Positions 10,080 through 19,629 of a DNA stretch of 64,000 bases are shown in pieces. The position numbers and the translations under genes are program-made. Source of the DNA: Bacilli bacterium (GTDB taxonomy: Bacteria; Bacillota_I; Bacilli_A; RFN20; CAG-826); the NCBI GenBank assembly GCA_024408505.1, contig JAKSUZ010000002.1:1337-65336 (forward strand), written 5' to 3'. The notes beneath the pieces were generated by a model. It had not been told where the DNA came from, did no database searches, and saw nothing but the letters and a program-made list of their open reading frames with translations. Each line of letters opens with the position of its first letter. Position 1 is the first letter of the stretch.

Positions 10080-10156
10080 TGGTGCGCTCGATGAGATTTA
10101 AACTCATGACCTTAACCTTCGGAGGGTTACACTCTATTCAGCTGAGCTACGAGCGC
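10080..10156 (-). tRNA. tRNA-Arg (anticodon CCG), CCA encoded
   Basis: Reverse complement is GCGCTCGTAGCTCAGCTGAATAGAGTGTAACCCTCCGAAGGTTAAGGTCATGAGTTTAAATCTCATCGAGCGCACCA. Anticodon stem TAACC/GGTTA, loop CTCCGAA. Confidence 0.9.
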
Positions 10157-10161
10157 GTACT

Positions 10162-10243
10162 TGGTGCAGCTATTGAGATTTGAACTCAAACGGTTTCCCA
10201 CTAGATTCTGACTCTAGCGCGTCTACCATTCCGCCATAGCTGC
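10162..10243 (-). tRNA. tRNA-Leu (anticodon CAG), CCA encoded
   Basis: Reverse complement is GCAGCTATGGCGGAATGGTAGACGCGCTAGAGTCAGAATCTAGTGGGAAACCGTTTGAGTTCAAATCTCAATAGCTGCACCA. Type II tRNA with a long variable arm. Anticodon loop GTCAGAA has an unusual G at position 32. Confidence 0.85.
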
Positions 10244-10302
10244 GTATTTATTATATCTATTAAAAATAAAGGACGCTAACTTGCGCCCTCTACCTAGATA
10301 TC

Positions 10303-10725
10303 TTATTGACCTCGTGCCACTTTGTTTACGAGACCCATATCACATTGACCAGGATATTTTTCTTTGAAGAATTTCATAACTGCTGGAATGGACTTATCAG
10401 GTAAGGACGCCACTAGACGCCGGATTTCATCTTCCGACAACAACTTTGGCAAAAACCGCAGGATGGCAGCCTTTTGTTTATCGATTAAAGAAGCCTGATC
10501 AGGTTTACCTGCAGTAATATAAGCTTGTTTTTCTTCATCTAACTCTTTACTTAACTTAGTTAAAATGCGTACGGTATCCGCATCAGTAGTCTCTTTATTG
10601 TTCGCTTTATTTTCAATACTTAATTGCATATAGCGATTAATGGCGACACTTAAAGATGCACGAGCATCGTTATCGTGTGCTTTGAGAGCTTCTATGTTCG
10701 CTTTTTTTAATTCATCAATAATCAT
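10303..10725 (-). CDS. GatB/YqeY domain-containing protein
   Basis: 140 aa. Typical YqeY pattern: ALKAHDxxxxxxLSxxxxxxxxxxIE, LSEDEIRxLV, GxxDMGLVNKV. Confidence 0.8.
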   Translation of the reverse strand: MIIDELKKANIEALKAHDNDARASLSVAINRYMQLSIENKANNKETTDADTVRILTKLSKELDEEKQAYITAGKPDQASLIDKQKAAILRFLPKLLSEDEIRRLVASLPDKSIPAVMKFFKEKYPGQCDMGLVNKVARGQ

Positions 10726-10733
10726 AAGCGCCT

Positions 10734-11798
10734 TTATATTATAGCACTAACTTTGAGCGCGCTAGTAAAAGCCCACATCAAATTATAGCCGCCGCATAAT
10801 CCATCTTGATTAAGTGCTTCACCAATAATAAATACGTTTTTCTCGCGCTTACTATTAAAGGAGGAATCGACTTCATCAAGGCTTACGCCACCGATAGTGG
10901 CGACGCTATCATTTGCGTCATAGAACCCTTTAATATGAAACACTACTTGTTTAGGATTGCCTTTCTTCTTTAAATATCGGGCTAAATCATTCACAAAATA
11001 ATTTTCAAATTTTCCATTAAATTTAACCGAAGGAAGAAAATCCACTACTACTTCAGCGTTACTTAAATGGTTGCGTAAATAAATACTCGCAGCATGATAA
11101 ATGACTATTCCACTTAAACCATCTTTTTTAAATTGAAGTTCACCATCTTCTTCAAAATATGTTTTACCTTTACTAACTAATTTCACTCTTACTTCGCGAC
11201 GTAAACCATTGACTTCTTTAGTTGATTCAATAGTCTTAATTGGAAGTAATGCTGGGTGAAGTGGATAGACTTTATATCCATGTTTACTTAAATTAAGTAC
11301 AAAACTCGCATCTGCGCCTAATTTAGGTTGGCTACCTAAACCCGTAGCGATTACTAATTTATCAAATGGATAAGTTCCTTTATCGGTAATTAATTTGTTA
11401 TTGGTGTAATCAAGCGCTTGGCATTCACTGATGAATTTAACGCCTAACTTTTTCGCCTCACTTATTAAAGTATCCGTTAACATATTCGCAGATTCACTAT
11501 ATGGATAAATGTAACCTTCATGATTAATAGTAGCGATATTATGGTTATTAAAAAATTTAATTAAAGTATGAACATTAATTTCATTAAAAAGTTTTCTTGC
11601 TCTTTCTTCATTTAGATATTGACCTTTAATATCAAGAAGATTGCACATATTGCATTTTCCGTTTCCAGTTGCGCGTAATTTCTTTCCTAATTTATTATTA
11701 CGGTCAATAACTAAAACATCATAACGAGGATTCTTTTCTTTAATGGCTAGAGCGGATACTAGTCCGCTCGCACCACCACCAACAATAATGATTTTCAT
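10734..11798 (-). CDS. NAD(P)/FAD-dependent oxidoreductase, HI0933/YhiN/BaiN-like flavoprotein
   Basis: N-terminal dinucleotide fold IIIVGGGASGL, then LGKKLRATGNGKCNMCN and a C-terminal GGVSLDEV...IGEALNQDGLCGGYNL pattern. Confidence 0.75.
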   Translation of the reverse strand: MKIIIVGGGASGLVSALAIKEKNPRYDVLVIDRNNKLGKKLRATGNGKCNMCNLLDIKGQYLNEERARKLFNEINVHTLIKFFNNHNIATINHEGYIYPYSESANMLTDTLISEAKKLGVKFISECQALDYTNNKLITDKGTYPFDKLVIATGLGSQPKLGADASFVLNLSKHGYKVYPLHPALLPIKTIESTKEVNGLRREVRVKLVSKGKTYFEEDGELQFKKDGLSGIVIYHAASIYLRNHLSNAEVVVDFLPSVKFNGKFENYFVNDLARYLKKKGNPKQVVFHIKGFYDANDSVATIGGVSLDEVDSSFNSKREKNVFIIGEALNQDGLCGGYNLMWAFTSALKVSAII

Positions 11799-13711
11799 TA
11801 TTCGAGTTCAAATGCTCCTGTATATAGTTGATAATATACACCTTTTTGATCAATTAGTTGTTTATGAGTGCCACGTTCAATAATTTTTCCATGGTCAAGA
11901 ACCATAATTGCATCACTATTTTGAACAGTGCTTAAACGGTGAGCGATTACAAAAGTAGTTCTGCCTTCCATAATCTTATCCATACCTTTTTGAACTAATA
12001 ATTCAGTTCTAGTATCAATACTACTAGTTGCTTCATCTAAGATCATGACCGGAACATTCGCGACGGCGGCTCGAGCAATATTAATTAATTGTCTTTGACC
12101 TTGTGATAAGTTAGCACCATCGCCACTAAGCATCGTATCAAAGCCTTGTGGTAAGCGAGTAATAAAGTCATAAGCATTCGCTACCTTAGCGGCTTCAATT
12201 ACTTCTTCATCGGTCGCGGTTAATTTACCATAACGGATATTATCTTTAACGGTACCGGTAAATAAATTCGTATCTTGTAAAACGATTCCTAAGGATTTTC
12301 TTAATGAAGATTTTTTAATCTTATTAATATTGATTCCATCATAACGAACTTTACCATCTTCAATATCATAGAAGCGGTTAATTAAATTAGTAATTGTAGT
12401 TTTACCTGCTCCGGTTGCACCAACAAAGGCAATCTTTTCACCTGGACGAGCAGAAATCGAAATATCTTTTAATACTAAGTTAGGTGGATTATAAGCAAAG
12501 TTAACATGGGAAAGTAAAATATCACCTTCAAGTGGTACATATGTAACAGTGCCGTCAGCTTTATGTGGATGTTTCCACGCAAAGAATTTAGTTTCTTCAT
12601 TGGTCTCGTAGAAAGTATGATCATCACGATATTTAATATTTACTAAAGTAACATAACCATCATCTTTCTCGCTTTGTTCATCCATTAAATCGAAAGCGCG
12701 AGAAGCGCCAGCTGCGCCAAGGAAGATCATTGATAATTGTTGTGACAAGTTATTGACGTTATTAGTGAACATTCTTGCCATCATTAAGAATGAAACGATA
12801 GTGTAAACACCAACTGGTAAACCACTCATCGAAACATTAGGAACTTTAAAGACAATTAAGAGTGCACCAACAATGGCTAAAATAACATAGAGTAAGTTAC
12901 CAATGTTACCAATAACTGGCGCAAGCATATTACCAGCTGTGTTAGCAATAACACCATCATCTGCTAATTCTTTATTAAGTTTGGCGAAATCTTCTTGGCT
13001 CTTATCTTCATGCGAGAACACTTTAATAACTTTTAAACCATTGATCGCTTCTTCAATGTGGCCTTCAACAATACCTAACTTCTCTTGTTGTTTTCTAAAG
13101 TATTTACCACTTCTTGTACCAATCTTTTTGGCGGTGAAGAAAATGATTACTGTGGTAAATAACACAATGAGTGTTAAATATAGTGAATAATAAAGCATAA
13201 CGAATATTAAGGAAGTGACAATAACACCGGTTTGGAATACTCCAGGAAGTGATTCACGGACAATTTGACGAATAGTATCAATATCGTTTGTGTATATTGA
13301 CATAATATCGCCACGTTTGTGAGTGTCAAAATATCTAATCGGCAATGTTTCCATATGACTAAACATTGCTTTACGTGTTTCGTTCAAGAAGTCTTGTGTA
13401 ACAATCGCCATTGCTACGTTACATATCACTGCACTAATAATACCTTCAATGTAAATACCACCCATTAAACATAGGTAGAATATCATTTGTTGCCAGAATT
13501 CATCACCAGTAATAGTGCCTTTAGTGAACTCTTCAATTGTGGAAGTAATTGAACCAACTAAAACCGGTGAACAAATGGTACTAGCTGACATTGTGATAAT
13601 AAAGACTAAGCAAAGAATTACTCCAAGCTTATGCTTTTGCCACACCATTTTAATTAAACGTTTGATGGTGCCTTTCTTGGCTTTACCAACACTAGCTCGC
13701 ATGAGTGGCAT
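11798..13711 (-). CDS. ABC exporter, fused permease/ATPase (heterodimer subunit B)
   Basis: Six N-terminal TM helices. Walker A GATGAGKTT, signature LSQGQRQL, Walker B ILDEATS. The likely start is ATG 13711 after a GGAGGTG RBS (track start 13732). It overlaps the upstream partner. Confidence 0.9.
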   Translation of the reverse strand: MPLMRASVGKAKKGTIKRLIKMVWQKHKLGVILCLVFIITMSASTICSPVLVGSITSTIEEFTKGTITGDEFWQQMIFYLCLMGGIYIEGIISAVICNVAMAIVTQDFLNETRKAMFSHMETLPIRYFDTHKRGDIMSIYTNDIDTIRQIVRESLPGVFQTGVIVTSLIFVMLYYSLYLTLIVLFTTVIIFFTAKKIGTRSGKYFRKQQEKLGIVEGHIEEAINGLKVIKVFSHEDKSQEDFAKLNKELADDGVIANTAGNMLAPVIGNIGNLLYVILAIVGALLIVFKVPNVSMSGLPVGVYTIVSFLMMARMFTNNVNNLSQQLSMIFLGAAGASRAFDLMDEQSEKDDGYVTLVNIKYRDDHTFYETNEETKFFAWKHPHKADGTVTYVPLEGDILLSHVNFAYNPPNLVLKDISISARPGEKIAFVGATGAGKTTITNLINRFYDIEDGKVRYDGININKIKKSSLRKSLGIVLQDTNLFTGTVKDNIRYGKLTATDEEVIEAAKVANAYDFITRLPQGFDTMLSGDGANLSQGQRQLINIARAAVANVPVMILDEATSSIDTRTELLVQKGMDKIMEGRTTFVIAHRLSTVQNSDAIMVLDHGKIIERGTHKQLIDQKGVYYQLYTGAFELE

Positions 13712-15491
13712 GAGTGGCACCTCCGTTATCATCTTTTACGCGGTTTTGTGTGTGATAGACTTCTTGATAAATCTTATTTGTTTTTAAAAGTTCCTCATGG
13801 GTTCCAATTTGATCAATGTGACCATTATCCATAACAATAATTTTGGTCGCATCTTCCACTGAAGAAGTTCTTTGCGCAATAACAATCTTAGTAGTATTGG
13901 GTAAATCATCTTTTAAAGCATTACGAATCAACGCATCGGTTTTAGTATCAACCGCACTGGTCGAGTCATCTAAGATTAAAATCTTTGGTTTCTTAAGCAA
14001 GGCGCGTGCGATACATAAACGTTGGCGTTGACCACCGCTTACGTTTGTACCGCCTTGTTCAATATAAGTTTCGTATTTCTTTGGGAAACCTTGAACGAAT
14101 TCATCCGCTTGCGCAATCTTTGCCGCATTAACAATTTCTTCCTCGGTTGCATTTAAATCGCCCCAACGAAGGTTATCTGCGATGGTTCCTGAGAAAAGCA
14201 CATTCTTTTGTAACACTACTGCGACATTATCACGAAGTGTTCTTAAATCATATTGATGAACTGGATGGCCACCAACAATTAATTCGCCAGTAGTAATATC
14301 GTATAAACGAGAAATTAAACTAACTAAAGTAGATTTCCCACTTCCAGTTGAACCGATGATTCCAATAAAGTCACCCGATTTAATATCAAGATTAATTTCA
14401 TCTAGTGCATTTCTTTTAGCGCTCTTTGAATATTTAAAAGTAACTTTGTTAAATTTTACGGAACCATCTTTTAACTGCATGATTGGATCGGTTGGATTAT
14501 GAATTGTGGTTTCTTCACGTAAAACTTCTGCAATGCGTCTCACGCTTTCTAAGCTCATTGATAACATACCTAAAATGATGGTTACCATGAGCAATGCCAT
14601 TAAGATTTGTACACCATAGGTAAGTAACGCTGATAATTGACCCGGTCCTAAATCACCTTTACCACCATTTTGATAAATTAAATAAGCACCAAGTCCGCAA
14701 ACAAGCATATTCACGATGTGAATAGATAAGTTCATAATTGGAGAAGCAAAAGAAATAATGACTTCTGCTTTCTTAAATTCTTCACAAATAGCATCACTGG
14801 CTTTGCCCATCTTTTGAGTTTCATAATCTTCACGGACAAAGTTCTTTACCACACGAATGCCAGCTACGTTTTCTTGAATCGATTCATTTAATTTATCATA
14901 GCGTTTAAATACACGAGTAAAAATCTTGGTAGCTTTTCTTAACATAAATAAGAAACCAAGACAGACAAGTGGAATAACTCCAATGAAGATCCATGCCATT
15001 ACACCACCAAGCACAAAGCTTAAAACGGTAGCGAAGATAAACATTAACGGAGCGCGAACAATAATTCTAATGCCTAAGTTAAATGTCATAAATGTATTGT
15101 TGATATCAGTGGTTAAACGAGTAACTAAACTAGAAGTTGAGAAACGATCAATGTTAGCAAATGAGAATGATTCAATTTGTTTAAAAACATCCGCACGAAG
15201 GTTTTGCGCTAAACCAACCGAAGCTTTCGCTGCGGTCTTTGCGCCAAATATGCCACAAAGTAAACTAATAACAGCGATCGCTAAGAAAATTCCGGTGTAA
15301 ACTCCAATCTGGTTTAAATCAATTGAACCACCGGGTAAATCCGCCTTTTGAATAATCGTGACAAAAATACTCATAATGTAAGGAAGCGCACAATCGCACG
15401 CTGCTTCAACCATCATAAGTAAAGGAGTTAAAATCGCGTAGATTTTATACTCTCTTAAGCTCTGTAGAATCAATTTAAAATTTTTCAACAT
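13692..15491 (-). CDS. ABC exporter, fused permease/ATPase (heterodimer subunit A)
   Basis: TM domain plus Walker A GSTGSGKST, signature VSGGQRQRL, Walker B ILILDDSTSAVD. Confidence 0.9.
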   Translation of the reverse strand: MLKNFKLILQSLREYKIYAILTPLLMMVEAACDCALPYIMSIFVTIIQKADLPGGSIDLNQIGVYTGIFLAIAVISLLCGIFGAKTAAKASVGLAQNLRADVFKQIESFSFANIDRFSTSSLVTRLTTDINNTFMTFNLGIRIIVRAPLMFIFATVLSFVLGGVMAWIFIGVIPLVCLGFLFMLRKATKIFTRVFKRYDKLNESIQENVAGIRVVKNFVREDYETQKMGKASDAICEEFKKAEVIISFASPIMNLSIHIVNMLVCGLGAYLIYQNGGKGDLGPGQLSALLTYGVQILMALLMVTIILGMLSMSLESVRRIAEVLREETTIHNPTDPIMQLKDGSVKFNKVTFKYSKSAKRNALDEINLDIKSGDFIGIIGSTGSGKSTLVSLISRLYDITTGELIVGGHPVHQYDLRTLRDNVAVVLQKNVLFSGTIADNLRWGDLNATEEEIVNAAKIAQADEFVQGFPKKYETYIEQGGTNVSGGQRQRLCIARALLKKPKILILDDSTSAVDTKTDALIRNALKDDLPNTTKIVIAQRTSSVEDATKIIVMDNGHIDQIGTHEELLKTNKIYQEVYHTQNRVKDDNGGATHATHAS

Positions 15492-15559
15492 GCTAAGTAA
15501 ATATCATATTGCCTTAAAAATATTTGTCAATAATAAAACTCTCGAGTTTTATTAAAATA

Positions 15560-15585
15560 AAATCCCCTGCGTATGCGGGGGATAA
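15560..15585 (-). terminator. Probable terminator after tRNA-Glu
   Basis: Minus strand: CCCCCGC-ATAC-GCAGGGG (one mismatch) followed by ATTTTATTTTAAT. Confidence 0.5.
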
Positions 15586-15592
15586 TTTACGA

Positions 15593-15669
15593 TGGTGACC
15601 CGTATGGGGTTCGAACCCATGAATGCAAGATTGAAAATCTTGTGAGTTAAGCCTCTTCTCCAACGGGCC
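15593..15669 (-). tRNA. tRNA-Glu (anticodon UUC), CCA encoded
   Basis: Reverse complement is GGCCCGTTGGAGAAGAGGCTTAACTCACAAGATTTTCAATCTTGCATTCATGGGTTCGAACCCCATACGGGTCACCA. Anticodon stem CAAGA/TCTTG, loop TTTTCAA. Confidence 0.85.
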
Positions 15670-15675
15670 AGATAG

Positions 15676-15751
15676 TGGCGCCCACCGTAGGACTTGAACC
15701 TATAACCTATCGGTTAACAGCCGATTGCTCTAACCATTGAGCTAGGTGGGC
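15676..15751 (-). tRNA. tRNA-Asn (anticodon GUU), CCA encoded
   Basis: Reverse complement is GCCCACCTAGCTCAATGGTTAGAGCAATCGGCTGTTAACCGATAGGTTATAGGTTCAAGTCCTACGGTGGGCGCCA. Anticodon loop CTGTTAA. Confidence 0.9.
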
Positions 15752-15796
15752 AGCGAAAAAATCTTATCACAAGTGGCCAAATTGAGCAAATATCAT

Positions 15797-16027
15797 TTAC
15801 TTTTTAATTTTGGCGCGAATTGCACTATATAAATCATTTACTTTTTTAAGATTTTTTAATTCGTCACTTGTGAACTCGATTCCGAACTCATCTTCTAATT
15901 CAAGTAATAGTTCTACGACATCTAAAGAATCAAGACCTAATTCACGTAATTCTTTTTCTGGATTGATGGCTGTTAGTTTTAATTTTTTACATAAAACTGA
16001 CTCAACCTTTTTAATTGCTTCTTCCAT
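15797..16027 (-). CDS. acpP: Acyl carrier protein
   Basis: LGLDSLDVVELLLELEDEFGIEF contains the DSL phosphopantetheine attachment motif. The likely start is the internal ATG at 16027 (MEEAIKKVE). Confidence 0.85.
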   Translation of the reverse strand: MEEAIKKVESVLCKKLKLTAINPEKELRELGLDSLDVVELLLELEDEFGIEFTSDELKNLKKVNDLYSAIRAKIKK

Positions 16028-16089
16028 AATTACTCCGCAACGAGATATATTATAGCAAAATAGCAACTTTTCTCAATAGAGAAGTTCAT

Positions 16090-16437
16090 CTACTCATATA
16101 GTCCGATTACTACACTTCTTTTGATTGATATTTTGTTATCGGTTTTTTGATAAATAATCGCTTTATATGGTTTTTCAATAACGTAATAGAAAGTATCGCC
16201 CTTTTTTACCGCCGTACAATCTTCCATAGCGCAGTAAATATCGGCATTTATTTCCTTTTTAACATATGAGCGAATTGATTCAGTAACTCCACCACTTTTA
16301 CTGATGTAATAGCCGACTGTAGCTGACATTGAATCAAGTTCACCATAAATCATTTCGGTTGCAACTAAATCGCTTGATAATAAAATAGCAACACTGGCGA
16401 CTAGCATTGAAAACATTAAAATAATTCGTTTACCCAT
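16090..16437 (-). CDS. Small N-terminally anchored protein, last gene of the unknown envelope operon
   Basis: One N-terminal TM helix (RIILMFSMLVASVAILL) followed by a ~90-aa soluble domain. Start candidates at 16437, 16443 and 16455 overlap the upstream stop. Confidence 0.55.
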   Translation of the reverse strand: MGKRIILMFSMLVASVAILLSSDLVATEMIYGELDSMSATVGYYISKSGGVTESIRSYVKKEINADIYCAMEDCTAVKKGDTFYYVIEKPYKAIIYQKTDNKISIKRSVVIGLYE

Positions 16438-17095
16438 GAACATACTCCTCAACAATGATAATTGTCACAATGATGACTAACATCACAATAATCGCGGTTC
16501 CAATAATGGCAGTCGCTTTAACTAATTCATATTGACGGTTGTTATCCCGCTCTTCATCATCATCCACAACTTTTTTTAATTTTAAATACGATTCATTAAA
16601 ATGAAGAAGATTTTCTTTACTAGCGTTTTCTTTATATCGATATAAGCTAATCATCACCTCTTCAATCAATACACTAGAAAAGTTTTTAGCGAGATTTAGA
16701 TAAGGTGATAATGATTGATCCTTTTCAATTTCGGTAAAAAATGTTTCTAGTTTTTGATTCATTTTTAAGGATGCTCTTTCTTTTAAATTCATTAGAGCAT
16801 CTTTTACATTAACCTGATTGTTTATATCTTGATATAAATAGCGTAGAAGAATAGTTAATTCTTTAATTTGATCAGTTACATTTTTACTATAAAGAAATAA
16901 ATATCGATAAAATGCAACTGCATTCACTAACACAATTAAAAAGATAAAGGGAATAAATAACAAATTATTTTTGGTAAAAATAAATGCTACCACCATTGTC
17001 GCTACAAGAAATACATTAATAATTAGAATTATGGTTAATTCTTTTTTGAAATTGATGTTAGCGCGATTAATGGCAACTTTAATATTATTCTTCAT
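16430..17095 (-). CDS. Polytopic membrane protein with a central helical cytoplasmic domain (TadB/TadC- or GspF-like topology, unverified)
   Basis: Two N-terminal TM helices, a ~110-aa charged helical segment and a C-terminal TM helix. The likely start, ATG 17095 (MKNNIKVAINR), overlaps the upstream stop by 11 nt. Confidence 0.55.
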   Translation of the reverse strand: MKNNIKVAINRANINFKKELTIILIINVFLVATMVVAFIFTKNNLLFIPFIFLIVLVNAVAFYRYLFLYSKNVTDQIKELTILLRYLYQDINNQVNVKDALMNLKERASLKMNQKLETFFTEIEKDQSLSPYLNLAKNFSSVLIEEVMISLYRYKENASKENLLHFNESYLKLKKVVDDDEERDNNRQYELVKATAIIGTAIIVMLVIIVTIIIVEEYVHG

Positions 17096-17783
17096 AGCGT
17101 TTAATCCTCCCACGTGTGGCTCGCATAAATAAATGAATACTGAATAAGAAGAAAACAAAATAGAAGATGATGCCGATTAGATAAATTCCGGTTTTAGTAA
17201 TTTGATCAAAATAACTATTAACCGCGAAGCGGATAACAATTAAAACCGAGAAAGAAATAATCCATAATAATGAAAACTCTACTAATGCTCTCCAAATACT
17301 TTTTTGTAAAACTTTTTGGTTTAAAAGATAATTATTGTTTTCTTCTAATAAAAACGAAATTGCCTTATCATGCTCTTCGCTTTTGTTATTACAAATCGAA
17401 ATTGTTTTTAAAAAGAGTTGATAAAGTGAAGACGAAAAATAATCAGTTAAACGTTCTAATTTTTCTTCACCTTTAAATTCTTCAAGCATCTTTACTTGTT
17501 CTTTTAAAGAAGCGGATACATTTTCTTGCGCAGCAAGCAATGCATTATCAAGCGAATAATCAACGCTATAAGCAAGAAAGAAATCATGGATAAAAGTTGT
17601 TAAATCTTTATTGTGCATTAATTGCAGTCTTTCTTTACGTTTGAATAAAAATTCGTAAATAACAAAATACGCTAAATAGATGACCATGGTCCCAATTAAG
17701 AAATAAAGATTATTAGTTAAATAATAACCAGCTAAACCCGCTAATAAAGAAACCATTATATAAATTACATAATCAAAAATCAT
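17085..17783 (-). CDS. Polytopic membrane protein with a central helical cytoplasmic domain (same architecture as 16430..17095)
   Basis: Two N-terminal TM helices, a ~120-aa helical segment and two C-terminal TM helices. ATGA overlap with the upstream gene. Confidence 0.55.
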   Translation of the reverse strand: MIFDYVIYIMVSLLAGLAGYYLTNNLYFLIGTMVIYLAYFVIYEFLFKRKERLQLMHNKDLTTFIHDFFLAYSVDYSLDNALLAAQENVSASLKEQVKMLEEFKGEEKLERLTDYFSSSLYQLFLKTISICNNKSEEHDKAISFLLEENNNYLLNQKVLQKSIWRALVEFSLLWIISFSVLIVIRFAVNSYFDQITKTGIYLIGIIFYFVFFLFSIHLFMRATRGRIKRYEE

Positions 17784-18172
17784 AGATCTGTCTCCTCAAT
17801 TTCATATGTCGTGCTTTTGTAGTAATCGTTTGCAAATGGGACCGCTGCCCGTAGAGAAATTCTTACACCGGTGACATAACGATCAGTCATTTCTTCTTTG
17901 CTTTTGCTATCAAAATAATAGAAACCAACTTGGAATTTATCCACATAGTGCGATAAATTATTTTTTAAATGTTCAATTGAAGTAGCTTCCACAATTTGCG
18001 TATCATAAACTGGAGTCGGAAGTGGACCTTCAATATCAGTCACAATCCAACTAGCCGGTAAAGAATAATTTAACGTAGTGAATGCATTATCAATTGATTG
18101 AAAGGTCGTAGTAGTAAATAACGCTACACCAGAAAAAGAAATAATAAATAAAGCGAAAATCATTAAGATCAT
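17780..18172 (-). CDS. Small N-terminally anchored protein
   Basis: MILMIFALFIISFSGVALF TM anchor plus a ~105-aa soluble domain. 4-nt overlaps on both sides. Confidence 0.55.
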   Translation of the reverse strand: MILMIFALFIISFSGVALFTTTTFQSIDNAFTTLNYSLPASWIVTDIEGPLPTPVYDTQIVEATSIEHLKNNLSHYVDKFQVGFYYFDSKSKEEMTDRYVTGVRISLRAAVPFANDYYKSTTYEIEETDL

Positions 18173-19212
18173 ATAATAACCTCTACGATTTTCTCGCGAA
18201 TGTTAACTTCCTCGTCTTGTCGCATAGTGTCACAAAATTCACTATCTTCACAATCACCGAAAAACTTTTTCATATAAGTCATCATGAATTTACCTTTAAT
18301 GGTGAAATCAGAATGACTATGAACTTCTAGTTCAATATAACACGGGAGAAACTTTAATTCCGCTGCGCCTTTAAACGGTAACATCAAATTATGATAAGGA
18401 AGATAGTTTTCTTTTTGAATTAACGAACTATCGTGAGTAATTGGATCATAATAAATGGTCGGAGCGAAAGTAAAGTAACATTCATCCCCGTCTTTATTTA
18501 ACGTTAACGGGATATATCGATACATCGATTCTCCGATCGGAAAATCAGGAAACAAATTATATCGATCATAAAACGCGAAGCGTAATTCACCATTTAAGGT
18601 ATTATCTAATCCATTACGATATTTAAAACGTAAATAAGAAATATCTAAATCGTAATAAACTTCATTAACTCGTAAGTCCTCGAAATTTAAGAAACTAAAA
18701 GCATCTTCATAATGGTAATCCTGACTATGATCTAAATATGTGCTTTCTTTGATGTAGCCGGTTGAGAATTCTTGCCCATTCGTGGTTTCACTAATTTCAA
18801 AAGAGTCAATGGTCTTAGTGTTATACGCTAAGGTCGCACGATAAGTACCTTCGCCATTAATTCTTGCTTCGCATACAAAAGTAATTGGCGAATTATCATC
18901 AAGGTCACGAATATTAATTTCGTTACAACCATATAATAAGACACTTTGTCGAATAGAAAGAGATGTGATAGCGCTACTACCACAAAGATGTGAATTACCA
19001 TTTTGATCTATCCAGGTGTAGTTGTAGTAACATGATTTATCAACCTTACGAACAAGGATATCAATATAAGCTGATAATTTAAGCGTTCCTTTAGAAGGAT
19101 TTTCATCCGTAATCCCAAATGCCACAAACTGAATACTAGGTGCATTAGCGGTCGTCATACTACAACAAGTTATCGCCAATGGAAGAAAAATAAATCTAAG
19201 CACTTTTTTCAT
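18169..19212 (-). CDS. Secreted or lipid-anchored protein of unknown function
   Basis: MKKVLRFIFLPLAITCCS is a signal peptide with possible lipobox Cys. AAGGAG RBS 9 nt upstream. 347 aa, Cys-rich, with no motif I recognise. Confidence 0.6.
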   Translation of the reverse strand: MKKVLRFIFLPLAITCCSMTTANAPSIQFVAFGITDENPSKGTLKLSAYIDILVRKVDKSCYYNYTWIDQNGNSHLCGSSAITSLSIRQSVLLYGCNEINIRDLDDNSPITFVCEARINGEGTYRATLAYNTKTIDSFEISETTNGQEFSTGYIKESTYLDHSQDYHYEDAFSFLNFEDLRVNEVYYDLDISYLRFKYRNGLDNTLNGELRFAFYDRYNLFPDFPIGESMYRYIPLTLNKDGDECYFTFAPTIYYDPITHDSSLIQKENYLPYHNLMLPFKGAAELKFLPCYIELEVHSHSDFTIKGKFMMTYMKKFFGDCEDSEFCDTMRQDEEVNIREKIVEVII

Positions 19213-19567
19213 AGTTTAGTTCTCCTTCTTCATTGATGGCATGAGTTTTCTTCAAGTTTTCATAAAATAAATTAATCGCTTCTTCACGAAATCTCTTATA
19301 TTGGCGTTTGGTATAAAACTCTTCCCACCAAAACGAGTAGTTTTGATAGAAGAAATCACACTTAATGATTTTGCGAAGATGGTATTGCATCGCAAAATAC
19401 GCGGTCTCCACCGCTAAAATAAACTTCTCCCATGGTAGATGTCTACGGCACGCCGTAGATACTGCATCATAGAATTCTAGTTCTTGATTATAATCGGGGA
19501 AGAAATTGTTCACCCTTAGTAAATGGTGATAAGTCTCCGCCACATTTTGAATTGTTCTTTCTTTCAT
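19196..19567 (-). CDS. Small cytoplasmic protein, first gene of the unknown envelope operon
   Basis: ATG at 19567 is preceded by a GGAGG RBS (the track start at 19579 lies inside the RBS). Rich in aromatic residues, no TM segment, no recognised motif. Confidence 0.5.
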   Translation of the reverse strand: MKERTIQNVAETYHHLLRVNNFFPDYNQELEFYDAVSTACRRHLPWEKFILAVETAYFAMQYHLRKIIKCDFFYQNYSFWWEEFYTKRQYKRFREEAINLFYENLKKTHAINEEGELNYEKSA

Positions 19568-19629
19568 AATAGCCTCCATTTGGGAATATATCCCTTATTA
19601 GGTTATTAAAGAAAAAGGCCAAAAATCCT

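Noticed and set aside
9872-10183. 103-aa + strand ORF from the track
   Set aside because: It runs antisense across three well-formed tRNA genes (Leu-CAA, Arg-CCG, Leu-CAG) and has no RBS. It is a chance ORF.
8842-10243. RhuM-family gene next to a tRNA cluster as the edge of an integrated mobile island
   Set aside because: I saw no integrase, no direct repeat of a tRNA 3' end and no transposase in the window. The tRNA adjacency alone is not enough evidence.
10162-10243. tRNA with TCA in the anticodon loop plus a long variable arm, as a possible tRNA-Sec or UGA decoder
   Set aside because: With the only consistent 5-bp anticodon stem (CTAGA/TCTAG) the 7-nt loop is GTCAGAA, which places CAG at positions 34-36. 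The acceptor and T stems are 7 and 5 bp, not the 8/5 arrangement of bacterial tRNA-Sec. It is therefore tRNA-Leu(CAG).
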